Shown here: positions 1-8,462 of the stretch, one piece after another
Numbering within the stretch: position 1 is the stretch's first letter
How the letters are laid out: each line of letters begins with the position of its first letter
From: Helicobacteraceae bacterium
GTDB lineage: Bacteria > Campylobacterota > Campylobacteria > Campylobacterales > Helicobacteraceae
DNA: 64,000 nt
Direction: 5' to 3'
Assembly: GCA_900766555.1 (NCBI GenBank)
Contig: CAAFVR010000008.1
Span: forward strand, 1-64,000
Translations under genes and position numbers: made by a program
The notes under the pieces: model-generated
What the model saw: the letters and a program-made list of their open reading frames with translations, nothing else
What the model was told of the DNA's origin: nothing
The model's database searches: none

Positions 1-108
1 AAAAAACCCCCCCCCCCCCCCCCCCCGGACAACAAACAACAGAAAAGAAGACGGCAAAAAGAGATATTGGTAAAAGAGGTATTGACGGAAGAGCTTAAAT
101 AAAATCAT
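1..108 (-). CDS. 5' end of a truncated minus-strand ORF that contains a poly-G run (poly-Gly), candidate phase-variable gene
   Basis: ATG at 108..106 on the minus strand gives MILFKLFRQYLFYQYLFLPSSFLLFVVRGGGGGGG... and runs off the window edge. It overlaps the pseI stop by a few codons. Not in the ORF track because there is no stop inside the window. Confidence 0.3.
   Translation of the reverse strand, partial: MILFKLFRQYLFYQYLFLPSSFLLFVVRGGGGGGFF
7..26. repeat. homopolymeric C20 tract (G20 on the minus strand)
   Basis: 20 consecutive C at positions 7–26. Campylobacter G/C homopolymers of 8 nt or more are hypermutable contingency tracts (established knowledge). Confidence 0.9.
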
Positions 109-1123
109 CCCTAAAAAGTGGCTTTCCAAAGTCTAGATCCTTTGTGGCTCTTTTGCCGATTGCTTCTTTTAGAAAACGCGGGTGCAATCCGGCATTTGGG
201 CGAAAACTCCCGATATTTTCGCGCGTTAGAAATTCACCCTTTTTGATCGGCGCTTTTATAAAAAGTGAACGTCCAAAATTCCTGCCCTTTATTTTTATAT
301 CTTCGCTTTCTTGCAGAGCGCTTTCTCCAAGCGCCAAAGTGGCATTTTTGATATCAAGTGCTAGTTGTTTAAATTCAATCGGATCTAGGCTAAAGCTAGC
401 ATCAAGTCCGCCCAAAGATTTATCCAAAATAAAATGCTTTTCTATCATTTGCGCGCCCAATGTTGTGGCCATAATCGCGCACAAATTGCTAGTCGTATGA
501 TCGCTAAGGCCAACTTTTATGTTCACATTTTTATTTTTATTTTTGCCTAGATCAGACAGTGATTTTAAGCGATTTATATTTGCCAATTTTATTGGAGCTG
601 GATAACTGCTTGTGCAAAGCAACAGCGTAATATCTTTGCATCCAGCACTTATGCAAGCATCAAGGGCTTCTTCTATTTCACTTTTTATAGCTATGCCAGT
701 TGATAAAATCATTGGCTTTTTTGTACTCGCAACGCTATAAATAAATTCGCAATCTAGTATTTCAAAACTAGCAATTTTATACATCGGGCAATCTAGACTC
801 TCAAGCAGATCTAGAGCATTAAGAGAAAAAGGCGAACTAAAAAGCACGATATCAATATCCCTTGCGGCATTAAATAAATCTCTATGCCAAGCAAATGGTA
901 GCGCGCCCTCTTTGTATATATCATGCAAATATCGCTCATCCCAAAGCTCTGTATTTTTGATCTTAAATATCTCAGATCTAACAGGCAGAGTTAGGCAATC
1001 TGGGGTATATGTCTGGATCTTAACTGAATTTGCCAATGCCTCTTTTGCGGCCTTTATGGTCTTTATGGCGATTTCTAAACTATTGTTATGATTGGCGCTA
1101 ATTTCAGCTACTAAATTTTTCAT
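95..1123 (-). CDS. pseI: pseudaminic acid synthase (NeuB family)
   Basis: 342 aa with a NeuB/PseI-type fold. Sits in a cluster with pseH, pseG and pseF. Confidence 0.8.
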   Translation of the reverse strand: MKNLVAEISANHNNSLEIAIKTIKAAKEALANSVKIQTYTPDCLTLPVRSEIFKIKNTELWDERYLHDIYKEGALPFAWHRDLFNAARDIDIVLFSSPFSLNALDLLESLDCPMYKIASFEILDCEFIYSVASTKKPMILSTGIAIKSEIEEALDACISAGCKDITLLLCTSSYPAPIKLANINRLKSLSDLGKNKNKNVNIKVGLSDHTTSNLCAIMATTLGAQMIEKHFILDKSLGGLDASFSLDPIEFKQLALDIKNATLALGESALQESEDIKIKGRNFGRSLFIKAPIKKGEFLTRENIGSFRPNAGLHPRFLKEAIGKRATKDLDFGKPLFRDDFI

Positions 1124-1613
1124 AAACCATTATCTCTTTTGTCAAATTTGGCATTTTTTTAAAGCCGCGCTTTGCATAAAGCGCTATTGCTCTAGTATTT
1201 TTGGCATAAACTTCAAGGCGCAATTTTTGCATATTAAAAATGCTAAATGTTATAAATTCTAGCGATTCTAAAATGACTTCGCCCAAGCTTTTATTTGGCA
1301 TTTTAATTTTAGAAAAGGGATTTTTATACAGCCCGCCGATGGCGCAATCTGATGGATATTTCAGCTCAAAACTACATACGCCAAGTAAATTTTGCGAAAT
1401 ATATGCGCCATAAAAACAGACTCTTTTGTATTGCTCCAAACGCTCTATGAAATCAAAATGTTGCTCTGTTGAAATCAGATCTTTATTGTACATTTGCAAG
1501 CGCACAGAATCGTGATTTCTGCAGGCTAGAATTTCTAACAGTTCAATCTTGCTAAGTGCCGTAAAATTGCGCAAAATAACTTTGCCAAATGTAATTTCAG
1601 ATGGGAAAATCAT
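1104..1613 (-). CDS. pseH: GNAT N-acetyltransferase, PseH-like
   Basis: 169 aa GNAT-like protein between pseG and pseI, overlapping the pseI start. Confidence 0.7.
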   Translation of the reverse strand: MIFPSEITFGKVILRNFTALSKIELLEILACRNHDSVRLQMYNKDLISTEQHFDFIERLEQYKRVCFYGAYISQNLLGVCSFELKYPSDCAIGGLYKNPFSKIKMPNKSLGEVILESLEFITFSIFNMQKLRLEVYAKNTRAIALYAKRGFKKMPNLTKEIMVYEKFSS

Positions 1614-2524
1614 ATTAAATCCCTCAAAAATCCATCCAAATTGCTGCCAAAATCTAGATCTGATGCTATTTTTTTCATCCTAGTTATATCGCAATTATAA
1701 AGCAGTTCTAGATCGCTAATTTTTTGCATTTTAATAATTGCACCTAATTTATGAAATTCATTTATCTGAAAAGCCTGATTTGGCGCCATCTCAAATACTA
1801 ATGCTGGCAAGGCGCAACTTAGCGCTTCATTTAATATTACTCCGCCGCCTAAAATGCCAAGACTAGAATGTAAAAATAGCTCTAAAAGTTGCTCTTTTGG
1901 GATATTTCTAAGCACTTTGAACTTAGTTTTAAGATCATGATTATAATATTTGCCAAGTATTATTGTGACGCTAAAATCTAGCTTCAAAATCTCAAGAAAA
2001 TTTGCAATTTCTTGCGTTACATTAAACTCATCTCCTCCGCCTGTGCAAACTACAATATTTTTTGAGACCTCTTTTATACTCTTTTGTTTTTTGCAAAAAT
2101 TAAAGCCTAGCCCCGCATATACATTTGAGCGCCCGCTGTAGATCTTATGTGAATTGATAGCTGGATTTAAAATAAGAGCTTCTTTTGGATAATCTAGCCT
2201 GTTGAAATCATCAATTATCGCAAGCTTTTTTGCATATTTCAAAGCTATTTTATAATGATAATCTAGCGCTAAATAACTATCAATTACTATTAAATGTATC
2301 GCCTCATAACTCTTTAAAATGTCTTCTAAAATACCCTCGCTTAACCAACTTTCTTTCAAGGTCCCCTGATAATGTTGTGGGCAATTTTCGTCGCTACTTT
2401 TTTCAAAAATAAACATTTTGATCTCAAAGCCGATGAGAGATAAGCGCTTTTTTAACTCAAGCATGCGGCTCTTGTGCCCAGATCCGATCTGAAATCCCGT
2501 TTCAGTGAAAATTAAGCCAAGCAA
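1610..2524 (-). CDS. pseG: UDP-2,4-diacetamido-2,4,6-trideoxy-beta-L-altropyranose hydrolase, PseG-like
   Basis: 304 aa with a MurG-like C-terminal fold (CTGGGDEF motif). Position within the pse cluster. Confidence 0.7.
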   Translation of the reverse strand: MLGLIFTETGFQIGSGHKSRMLELKKRLSLIGFEIKMFIFEKSSDENCPQHYQGTLKESWLSEGILEDILKSYEAIHLIVIDSYLALDYHYKIALKYAKKLAIIDDFNRLDYPKEALILNPAINSHKIYSGRSNVYAGLGFNFCKKQKSIKEVSKNIVVCTGGGDEFNVTQEIANFLEILKLDFSVTIILGKYYNHDLKTKFKVLRNIPKEQLLELFLHSSLGILGGGVILNEALSCALPALVFEMAPNQAFQINEFHKLGAIIKMQKISDLELLYNCDITRMKKIASDLDFGSNLDGFLRDLI

Positions 2525-3185
2525 ATTTCGCCCTTGCTTCTTCTAAATCTTCTTTGGTATTTATGTCGCATGCTTCAAAATCATTTAAAAGATAGCAGAG
2601 GCTCTTATGCGCAAAAATGGCCTCTTCTTTTAAAAAACTCTCCCCCCAACCGAAATAAAATGCGCCAGCATCATAAAATAAATCTCCCAAATCCTGACTT
2701 CTTGCATCAATAAAGCCATCAATTAGCATTTGTGAAAAAATATTATCTTTAAGTGAGAATGACCTAAATGGGCTATGTCTAAATTTAACGCAAGAAAATA
2801 CATAATTTTTAGTCGCATTTTGCTCTAATAATTCTAGAGCGTCCTGCAAACTTTTGGATTTTAAAAGTGGCGTTGCAGGATACAAACAACAAACTATATC
2901 GCGCGCCTTAATGCCAAGTTTTAAGCAAGCGTCTTTCATAACGCTAAGCGTGGTGGCAAAATCATTTGCTAAATGTTCTTGTCGTAATAGAACCTTTGCG
3001 CCGGCATTTTGCGCGAGATCTAGTATTTTTGCACTATCACTTGAGACATATATTTCATCAAATATTTTTGACCCTTTAGCCAATTCAATTGCGCGCACTA
3101 AAAATGGCTTGCCAAAAAAATCTAAGATATTTTTATCTTTTATTCTTTTTGAGTTGCCGCGAGCTGGGATTATGGCTATTTTCAT
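2502..3185 (-). CDS. pseF: CMP-pseudaminic acid synthetase (acylneuraminate cytidylyltransferase family)
   Basis: N-terminus MKIAIIPARGNSKRIKDKNI is typical of CMP-sugar cytidylyltransferases. Confidence 0.8.
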   Translation of the reverse strand: MKIAIIPARGNSKRIKDKNILDFFGKPFLVRAIELAKGSKIFDEIYVSSDSAKILDLAQNAGAKVLLRQEHLANDFATTLSVMKDACLKLGIKARDIVCCLYPATPLLKSKSLQDALELLEQNATKNYVFSCVKFRHSPFRSFSLKDNIFSQMLIDGFIDARSQDLGDLFYDAGAFYFGWGESFLKEEAIFAHKSLCYLLNDFEACDINTKEDLEEARAKFAWLNFH

Positions 3186-3188
3186 ATG

Positions 3189-3887
3189 TTAATAAGGAAA
3201 TTCGCTTTCAACTGCATCGGCTGCAAATTTCTTTTTATTCGTATTGCTTAGGTCGCCTATATTTGCATATTGGATCTTAGCATCGGCTAGATATTTTGAC
3301 TCAACCGTATTATTTCGCGCCACATCATATGGTCTAACAACGCCGGATACGCGGATCATCTGTTTTTCGCCATCGACTAGAATTTCTTTTGTGCCAAGTA
3401 CAAAATAATTGCCATTTTCAAGCACTTTTAATATGCGAGCTGTAATTGTTAATACTAGATCTTCGCTTTTTTTCTGAGATCCGCCGCCTTTGAAATTCGT
3501 ATTTGTAGTCGGATTTACAAGAGTGTAATTTGTTTGATTATTTAACTCATTTGTCCTAGCTAGCGCTTGCTCATTTGTGCCATTATATTGGAGTTGCGGA
3601 GATGTACGATTGCCCGCTGAATTATTATTATATGTTTTGGAAGTGGAATAATTCGCACTTGATTTTTCATCAACTAAAATTGTTATTAAATCATCTGGCT
3701 TCATTGCGCGCCTATCCGAAAATAGCGGCTTATCGCCCTGGCCAAATAAACTTCCGGGCTTGCTAAATTCCGGTATAAAATCGCGCCCTGGAGATTCTTC
3801 AACATAATCTGGCGGGTTTAAATCAATTTCTGGCTGATAAGCAAATGCATAAGGCAAAAGTAGCATCAAATAAAAATAGCGCTTCAT
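3189..3887 (-). CDS. flgH: flagellar L-ring lipoprotein FlgH
   Basis: 232 aa. Conserved FlgH blocks present: LITILVDE, NGNYFVLGTKEILVDGEKQ, RVSGVVRPYD. Confidence 0.85.
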   Translation of the reverse strand: MKRYFYLMLLLPYAFAYQPEIDLNPPDYVEESPGRDFIPEFSKPGSLFGQGDKPLFSDRRAMKPDDLITILVDEKSSANYSTSKTYNNNSAGNRTSPQLQYNGTNEQALARTNELNNQTNYTLVNPTTNTNFKGGGSQKKSEDLVLTITARILKVLENGNYFVLGTKEILVDGEKQMIRVSGVVRPYDVARNNTVESKYLADAKIQYANIGDLSNTNKKKFAADAVESEFPY

Positions 3888-3912
3888 AAAATATCCTATT
3901 TTTGCCTTAAAA

Positions 3913-3929
3913 AAGCAAAAGATATTCCT
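3913..3929 (-). promoter_or_regulatory. candidate sigma54 (-24/-12) promoter upstream of flgH
   Basis: Minus strand reads aGGAATatcttTTGCTt, with GG and GC separated by 10 nt, which fits TGGCAC-N5-TTGCW. It lies about 25 nt upstream of the flgH ATG. Confidence 0.45.
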
Positions 3930-3944
3930 ATCGCTTAACTGAGA

Positions 3945-4469
3945 TCAGTAAGGTTTGCAGGCGCGCCACATTTCACGAAAGCTTGAATTAATTTTGCTAG
4001 CTAGCTTTGCATTATCCGTAAAATATAAGATCTCATAATTATTTGTAAAAGCATTTTTGCTCCAATTTGCAGATCCAAAGGCTATTTTTGAGCCATCAAT
4101 TATTAAAAGCTTTTGATGCATAATTCCAGAAATATTGCCAGATCCGATCCCCCTTAATACACAAGTATTGATATTTCTAATTGCGCTTAAATTCCCGATA
4201 GTTGAGAATTTGCTATCAAGCTGGCTTTTGTCATATATTATGCGCACTTTTACGCCCTGTTTTGCGGCCTCACGAATCGACTTTGCGATATCTTTATGAG
4301 TGAAACTATATATTGCAATATCTACGCTATTTTTGGCATTTTTTATGGAACTTTTAAGTTCTTTTAATGCCTGTTTATTATCATATGGGAGTACAAAAAC
4401 GGCCTCTTTTGCAAAAATTTGCGATGCTAAAAAGATGCCAAAAAGCGCGCCCTTCAAAAATGTTGCCAA
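3945..4469 (-). CDS. nucT: phospholipase-D family nuclease (Nuc/NucT-like), secreted
   Basis: 174 aa with a signal peptide and the HKD motif HQKLLIIDGSKIAFGSANWS. Synteny with the poly-E protein and gmk matches H. pylori HP0323–HP0321. Confidence 0.7.
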   Translation of the reverse strand: MATFLKGALFGIFLASQIFAKEAVFVLPYDNKQALKELKSSIKNAKNSVDIAIYSFTHKDIAKSIREAAKQGVKVRIIYDKSQLDSKFSTIGNLSAIRNINTCVLRGIGSGNISGIMHQKLLIIDGSKIAFGSANWSKNAFTNNYEILYFTDNAKLASKINSSFREMWRACKPY

Positions 4470-4521
4470 TAAATTACCTCAGATATTTTGGATATTATAA
4501 CCGCAAAAGTTTGGGCGCGTT

Positions 4522-5718
4522 TTGGAAATATACCTTTTTAGCAAAGATGCAATGATTGTCAAAATAATTGAAAATAGCGTCAAAAGTTTGGATCTGAGCT
4601 TACAAATGTTTAGCAATTTTGATGATAGCTTTATCAGATCTGACAGCAAGAGCGTAATTGCATTTTTTGATGATTCCATTTTGAATGTCACAAATCTCCC
4701 CCAAACGAGCTATCAAAAAGTGCTAATTCATCGCAAAGATATAAAAGAACTGCCCGGCTTTGATGCCTATATCAAAAAGCCATTTTTGCCAAAAGACATT
4801 ATAAATTTCATAAAACAAAAGCAAGATGAGCTAAAAGAAATTGTCCCTCAATATAACGATGATATGCCGCCTAGTTCGGATCTAGAAAATCCAGAAATAC
4901 TTGATATAAAAGATGAGCTTTTTACCTTAGGTGATGAATGCGAAAATGGCCCCAATGAAATGGATGATATCCACGACATTGAGCTACCAATATTTGAATT
5001 GCCAGATGAATTTAAAGATATCTCAATCAAAGAAGAAAAAGAAGAAGCCCAAGAAGAAATCGAAGAAATCGAAAAAATCAAAGAAGAGCTAAAAAAAGAG
5101 ATTAGAGAAGAGACTAGACAAAGCAACCTAAGTGCCGAGCAAGAAAAACTAGATTTAGAGATGGCCCTATTAGATACGCCAAAAAATATTAAGCCAGAAT
5201 CAGAATTAGAAATAGAAAAAACAATAGAGCCAGATCCGCTTGAAGACATAAAAATCGCAGATGAACCCGCCCCAGCCACCGTTTCTACTCCTACTCCCGT
5301 TTCTGTTTCTGCGTCGGCATCAGAATCTATACTTGAACCAAGAGATATAAGCCGCATAAAAGAGCTATTAAATGCCACAAAAATACAGCCCCAAAGACCC
5401 CAAAATATAGATAATGATTTCAAGGTTCCAGATCCGATGCCGATGTCCTCTACATCAGATCTAGCAAAAGAAGAGGACTTAGAGACGAAGGCCCAAATAA
5501 TTGCCAAAATCGACAAAGAAATTAACGATATTGATATCGATGAAGAAGGTATTTTGGAGGCGCTAAATCGCCCTCTTTTAAATAATTCCCCAAGAAGCTT
5601 AAATGCTAGGGGGTCTGATTTTATATCATTTATCAAAAATACGCCAGAACCTGAGCTAAAGCGCCTTTTAAGCGGGGGGAAGATTTCTATTTTTATAAAT
5701 TTTGAAGACTATAAATGA
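4522..5718 (+). CDS. poly-E-rich acidic protein with an N-terminal receiver-like domain
   Basis: 398 aa. The N-terminal ~105 aa is CheY-like (..AFFDDS.., KPFLPKDIINFI). The rest is Glu/Lys-rich repeats (EEIEEIEKIKEELKKEI) and a PVSVSASASES tract. It is coupled to gmk as in the H. pylori HP0322 locus. Confidence 0.6.
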   Translation: MEIYLFSKDAMIVKIIENSVKSLDLSLQMFSNFDDSFIRSDSKSVIAFFDDSILNVTNLPQTSYQKVLIHRKDIKELPGFDAYIKKPFLPKDIINFIKQKQDELKEIVPQYNDDMPPSSDLENPEILDIKDELFTLGDECENGPNEMDDIHDIELPIFELPDEFKDISIKEEKEEAQEEIEEIEKIKEELKKEIREETRQSNLSAEQEKLDLEMALLDTPKNIKPESELEIEKTIEPDPLEDIKIADEPAPATVSTPTPVSVSASASESILEPRDISRIKELLNATKIQPQRPQNIDNDFKVPDPMPMSSTSDLAKEEDLETKAQIIAKIDKEINDIDIDEEGILEALNRPLLNNSPRSLNARGSDFISFIKNTPEPELKRLLSGGKISIFINFEDYK

Positions 5719-6329
5719 ATAACGGTTGCATCTTAATAATTTCTGGCCCAAGCGGTAGTGGCAAATCAACGCTACTAAAAATATTGCACGAAAAAATACC
5801 AAATTTTTATTTCTCCGTTTCAGCCACAACGCGCGCGCCAAGGGAATTTGAACGTCATGGAAGGGAATATTTTTTTGAACCAAAAGAGATGTTTTTAAAT
5901 CAAATCGAAAATGACGAATTTTTAGAATGGGAAAAAGTGCATGACAATTATTATGGCACGCTAAAAGCTCCGATTGATCAGGCACTAAGCGAGGGTAAGA
6001 TGGTCGTTTTTGACGTTGATGTTAAAGGTCATCGCAATATCAAGCGACATTATGCTAGCCTCTCTAGATCCGTTTTTATAACCACACCAAGCGATTTGGT
6101 CTTAAAACAACGCTTAATGGAGCGTTTGACAGAAAATAAAGAAGATATTTTAAAACGTTTAAAAAATGCCTATGATGAAATAAATTGCGTCGGAGAATTT
6201 GACTTTTTAATAATTAATGATGACATTACAAAAGCTCAAAATGAGATTTTGAATATCGCAAAAATATTGCCAAATGCTATATTTAACGCGCAGGATCTAA
6301 CAAAGATCTGGCGCAATCAAATTAGTTAA
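5715..6329 (+). CDS. gmk: guanylate kinase
   Basis: P-loop GPSGSGKSTLLK. 204 aa. Confidence 0.9.
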   Translation: MNNGCILIISGPSGSGKSTLLKILHEKIPNFYFSVSATTRAPREFERHGREYFFEPKEMFLNQIENDEFLEWEKVHDNYYGTLKAPIDQALSEGKMVVFDVDVKGHRNIKRHYASLSRSVFITTPSDLVLKQRLMERLTENKEDILKRLKNAYDEINCVGEFDFLIINDDITKAQNEILNIAKILPNAIFNAQDLTKIWRNQIS

Positions 6330-7101
6330 GCGTCTCATATATAAAAGGCACTCCGCGAACAATGCCCACATCGCCAATTTCTTTGGTCACATTGCCAACT
6401 AAATTTCTATTATCATCTGATACTTTTTTAGGACGAAAAGAAGGATTATAAGCCTCGCGAATTATTTTGAGCTTTGCATCATTTGTGCTTTTGCCCTTTA
6501 TGTTGTCCAAAATATAGCCAGCTTTTGATTTTGAATTCTCACCCAAAAAGCTAACCAAAACCATAGTCACATTGCCCTCTTTTAACCGATCATCTATATT
6601 TCTAAGCTCAGCTTGGCAATGCGGGCAGCTCGGATCTGAGACGATATAAATTGTTTTGTCTGCTGGAGTTTTAGACGTTGAATTTAGCGTTATTTTATAC
6701 TCGCTTGGCACTTTTGCAAACATTTCATCAAGCTGTTTTGCATTCTTTGCATTCGCATTAATGCCCTGCACATCACTTAACACTTTGGCAATAGTTTTTG
6801 CATCATCATCATTTTTTGCAAAATACACATTATTTAATAAAAACAGCGTATTTCCAGTTGAATCTACGATAACGGGCACCAAAGTCCTAGCATTTTTGTC
6901 CTGCAAAATGGCAATATTTAACCCCTTTTCGCTCAGGCCATGGATACTTTTAACAACAAAATCTTGATTAGTGCGCAGCTTTATCAGATCTGTTATATTT
7001 GAGTTAACATCCGCGTATCCAAACGATAGAGCGATGGAAATAAGCGCACAAAACGAGCCCTTTTTAATCAATCCCTTTGTCATAAAAACTCCGTTTCTCA
7101 T
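6322..7101 (-). CDS. periplasmic thiol:disulfide interchange protein, DsbC/DsbG family
   Basis: Signal peptide and CPHC thioredoxin-fold motif. Confidence 0.7.
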   Translation of the reverse strand: MRNGVFMTKGLIKKGSFCALISIALSFGYADVNSNITDLIKLRTNQDFVVKSIHGLSEKGLNIAILQDKNARTLVPVIVDSTGNTLFLLNNVYFAKNDDDAKTIAKVLSDVQGINANAKNAKQLDEMFAKVPSEYKITLNSTSKTPADKTIYIVSDPSCPHCQAELRNIDDRLKEGNVTMVLVSFLGENSKSKAGYILDNIKGKSTNDAKLKIIREAYNPSFRPKKVSDDNRNLVGNVTKEIGDVGIVRGVPFIYETLN

Positions 7102-7149
7102 TTAAATGTTTTGAAAAGCTATTATAAACCTATTTTTTGAAAGAAAGCA

Positions 7150-7737
7150 ATGAAAATAAACACCCTCCCAAAACAGATACTCTTTTATTTTATAACCACG
7201 ATCTTAGCGCTACTTCCGCTTGTATATTTGACCTTCAAAATACTAAATCACACTGGCGGCGAATTTTTTAAGCCGATTTTGCATTTTTTAGGCGATTGGA
7301 GTATGTATTTTTTAGTTTTAGCCATATTTTTTGGCTTTTTTAGCGCGATTAAAAAGCAATTAATTTATCGTCAAATCTTGCGACTTTTTGGGCTTTGGTC
7401 TTTAATTTATGCCATTTTGCATATTTTTATATATCTAGTCTCAGAAGTTGACATAACAAAACCTCTAAATGTCCTTTTGGAGCTAAGACGCGCATATCTA
7501 TTTTATGGACTTGTGGCATTTTTGCTCATTTTGTTTTTAGTAGTTTTAAGCTTTACTAAAAAATTTAATAAAGTTGCCAGCCTAGCTTATATTGCTGGTA
7601 TTTTAGGCGCAGTTCATTACATGTTATCTACAAAATTGCCTGAAAATTTGAGCTATGCTTTTTTTATTTTAATAGGCGTGCTTTTGGGCATCCGTTTGCT
7701 GTATAGTAAAAAATCCTTTAAAAAAGGCAAGCAATGA
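7150..7737 (+). CDS. MsrQ/YedZ-like heme-binding membrane protein (ferric-reductase-like TM domain)
   Basis: 195 aa with about 5–6 TM helices and conserved His residues in a YedZ-like pattern (HTGG..DP.K..HF.G; LFGLWSLIYAILHI; AVHYMLS). Stop overlaps the kdsB start. Confidence 0.5.
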   Translation: MKINTLPKQILFYFITTILALLPLVYLTFKILNHTGGEFFKPILHFLGDWSMYFLVLAIFFGFFSAIKKQLIYRQILRLFGLWSLIYAILHIFIYLVSEVDITKPLNVLLELRRAYLFYGLVAFLLILFLVVLSFTKKFNKVASLAYIAGILGAVHYMLSTKLPENLSYAFFILIGVLLGIRLLYSKKSFKKGKQ

Positions 7738-8462
7738 TAATTATCCCAGCGCGACTGAACTCTACGCGCTATCCTAAAAAAATGCTAGATCTGCTTGATG
7801 ATGTGCCATTAATTGTTAAAACTGCGCAAAATGCCGCGCTAGCCAATGTTGCGCCAGTTGTCGTAGCCTGCGATGATGAATTAATCTTAAAAGCTTGCAA
7901 AGATCATAAAATAGATGCGATCATGACTTCAAAAGAACATCAAAGCGGCACAGATAGATGCGCTGAAGCGGCTAGAATATTAGGGCTAGATCTTAATGAT
8001 GTGGTATTAAATATCCAAGGTGATGAGCCATTTTTGGAAAAAAGCGTCATACAAAAGCTTTTTCATATCACTAAGAAATGTGATTTTATGTCAAGTCTAG
8101 CCAAAGAAATAAGCGCAAAAGAGCCCGAATGCAATAATCCAAATGTCGTAAAATTGGTTTTAAATACAAATGACGAAGCAATATATTTTAGCCGCAGCCA
8201 GATCCCATTTGTGCGCGATAATGATAAAAATATCAAATATCTTTGTCATCTGGGCGTTTATGGCTTTAAAAATAAAACATTACAGGAATTTACAAAGCTG
8301 TCAAAATCCCCCATTGAAGATCTAGAAAAGCTTGAACAATTGCGCGCAATCTATCATGCTAAAAAAATTAACATTGCCGTGGTAGAAACTAATACATTTG
8401 GTATCGATACAAAAGAAGATATGCTAAAAGCAAGAAATTTAGTGGCAAAAAACTTTCGCTAG
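7734..8462 (+). CDS. kdsB: 3-deoxy-manno-octulosonate cytidylyltransferase
   Basis: MIIIPARLNSTRYPKKML N-terminus. 242 aa. Confidence 0.85.
   Translation: MIIIPARLNSTRYPKKMLDLLDDVPLIVKTAQNAALANVAPVVVACDDELILKACKDHKIDAIMTSKEHQSGTDRCAEAARILGLDLNDVVLNIQGDEPFLEKSVIQKLFHITKKCDFMSSLAKEISAKEPECNNPNVVKLVLNTNDEAIYFSRSQIPFVRDNDKNIKYLCHLGVYGFKNKTLQEFTKLSKSPIEDLEKLEQLRAIYHAKKINIAVVETNTFGIDTKEDMLKARNLVAKNFR

Noticed and set aside
144-500. 118-aa plus-strand ORF inside pseI
   Set aside because: Antisense to a well-supported conserved gene, with no start context and random composition.
4848-5636. 262-aa minus-strand ORF (Ser/Ile-rich) antisense to the poly-E gene
   Set aside because: Low-complexity mirror of the GAA/GAG-rich sense strand with no independent signals. 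Typical shadow ORF of a repetitive gene.
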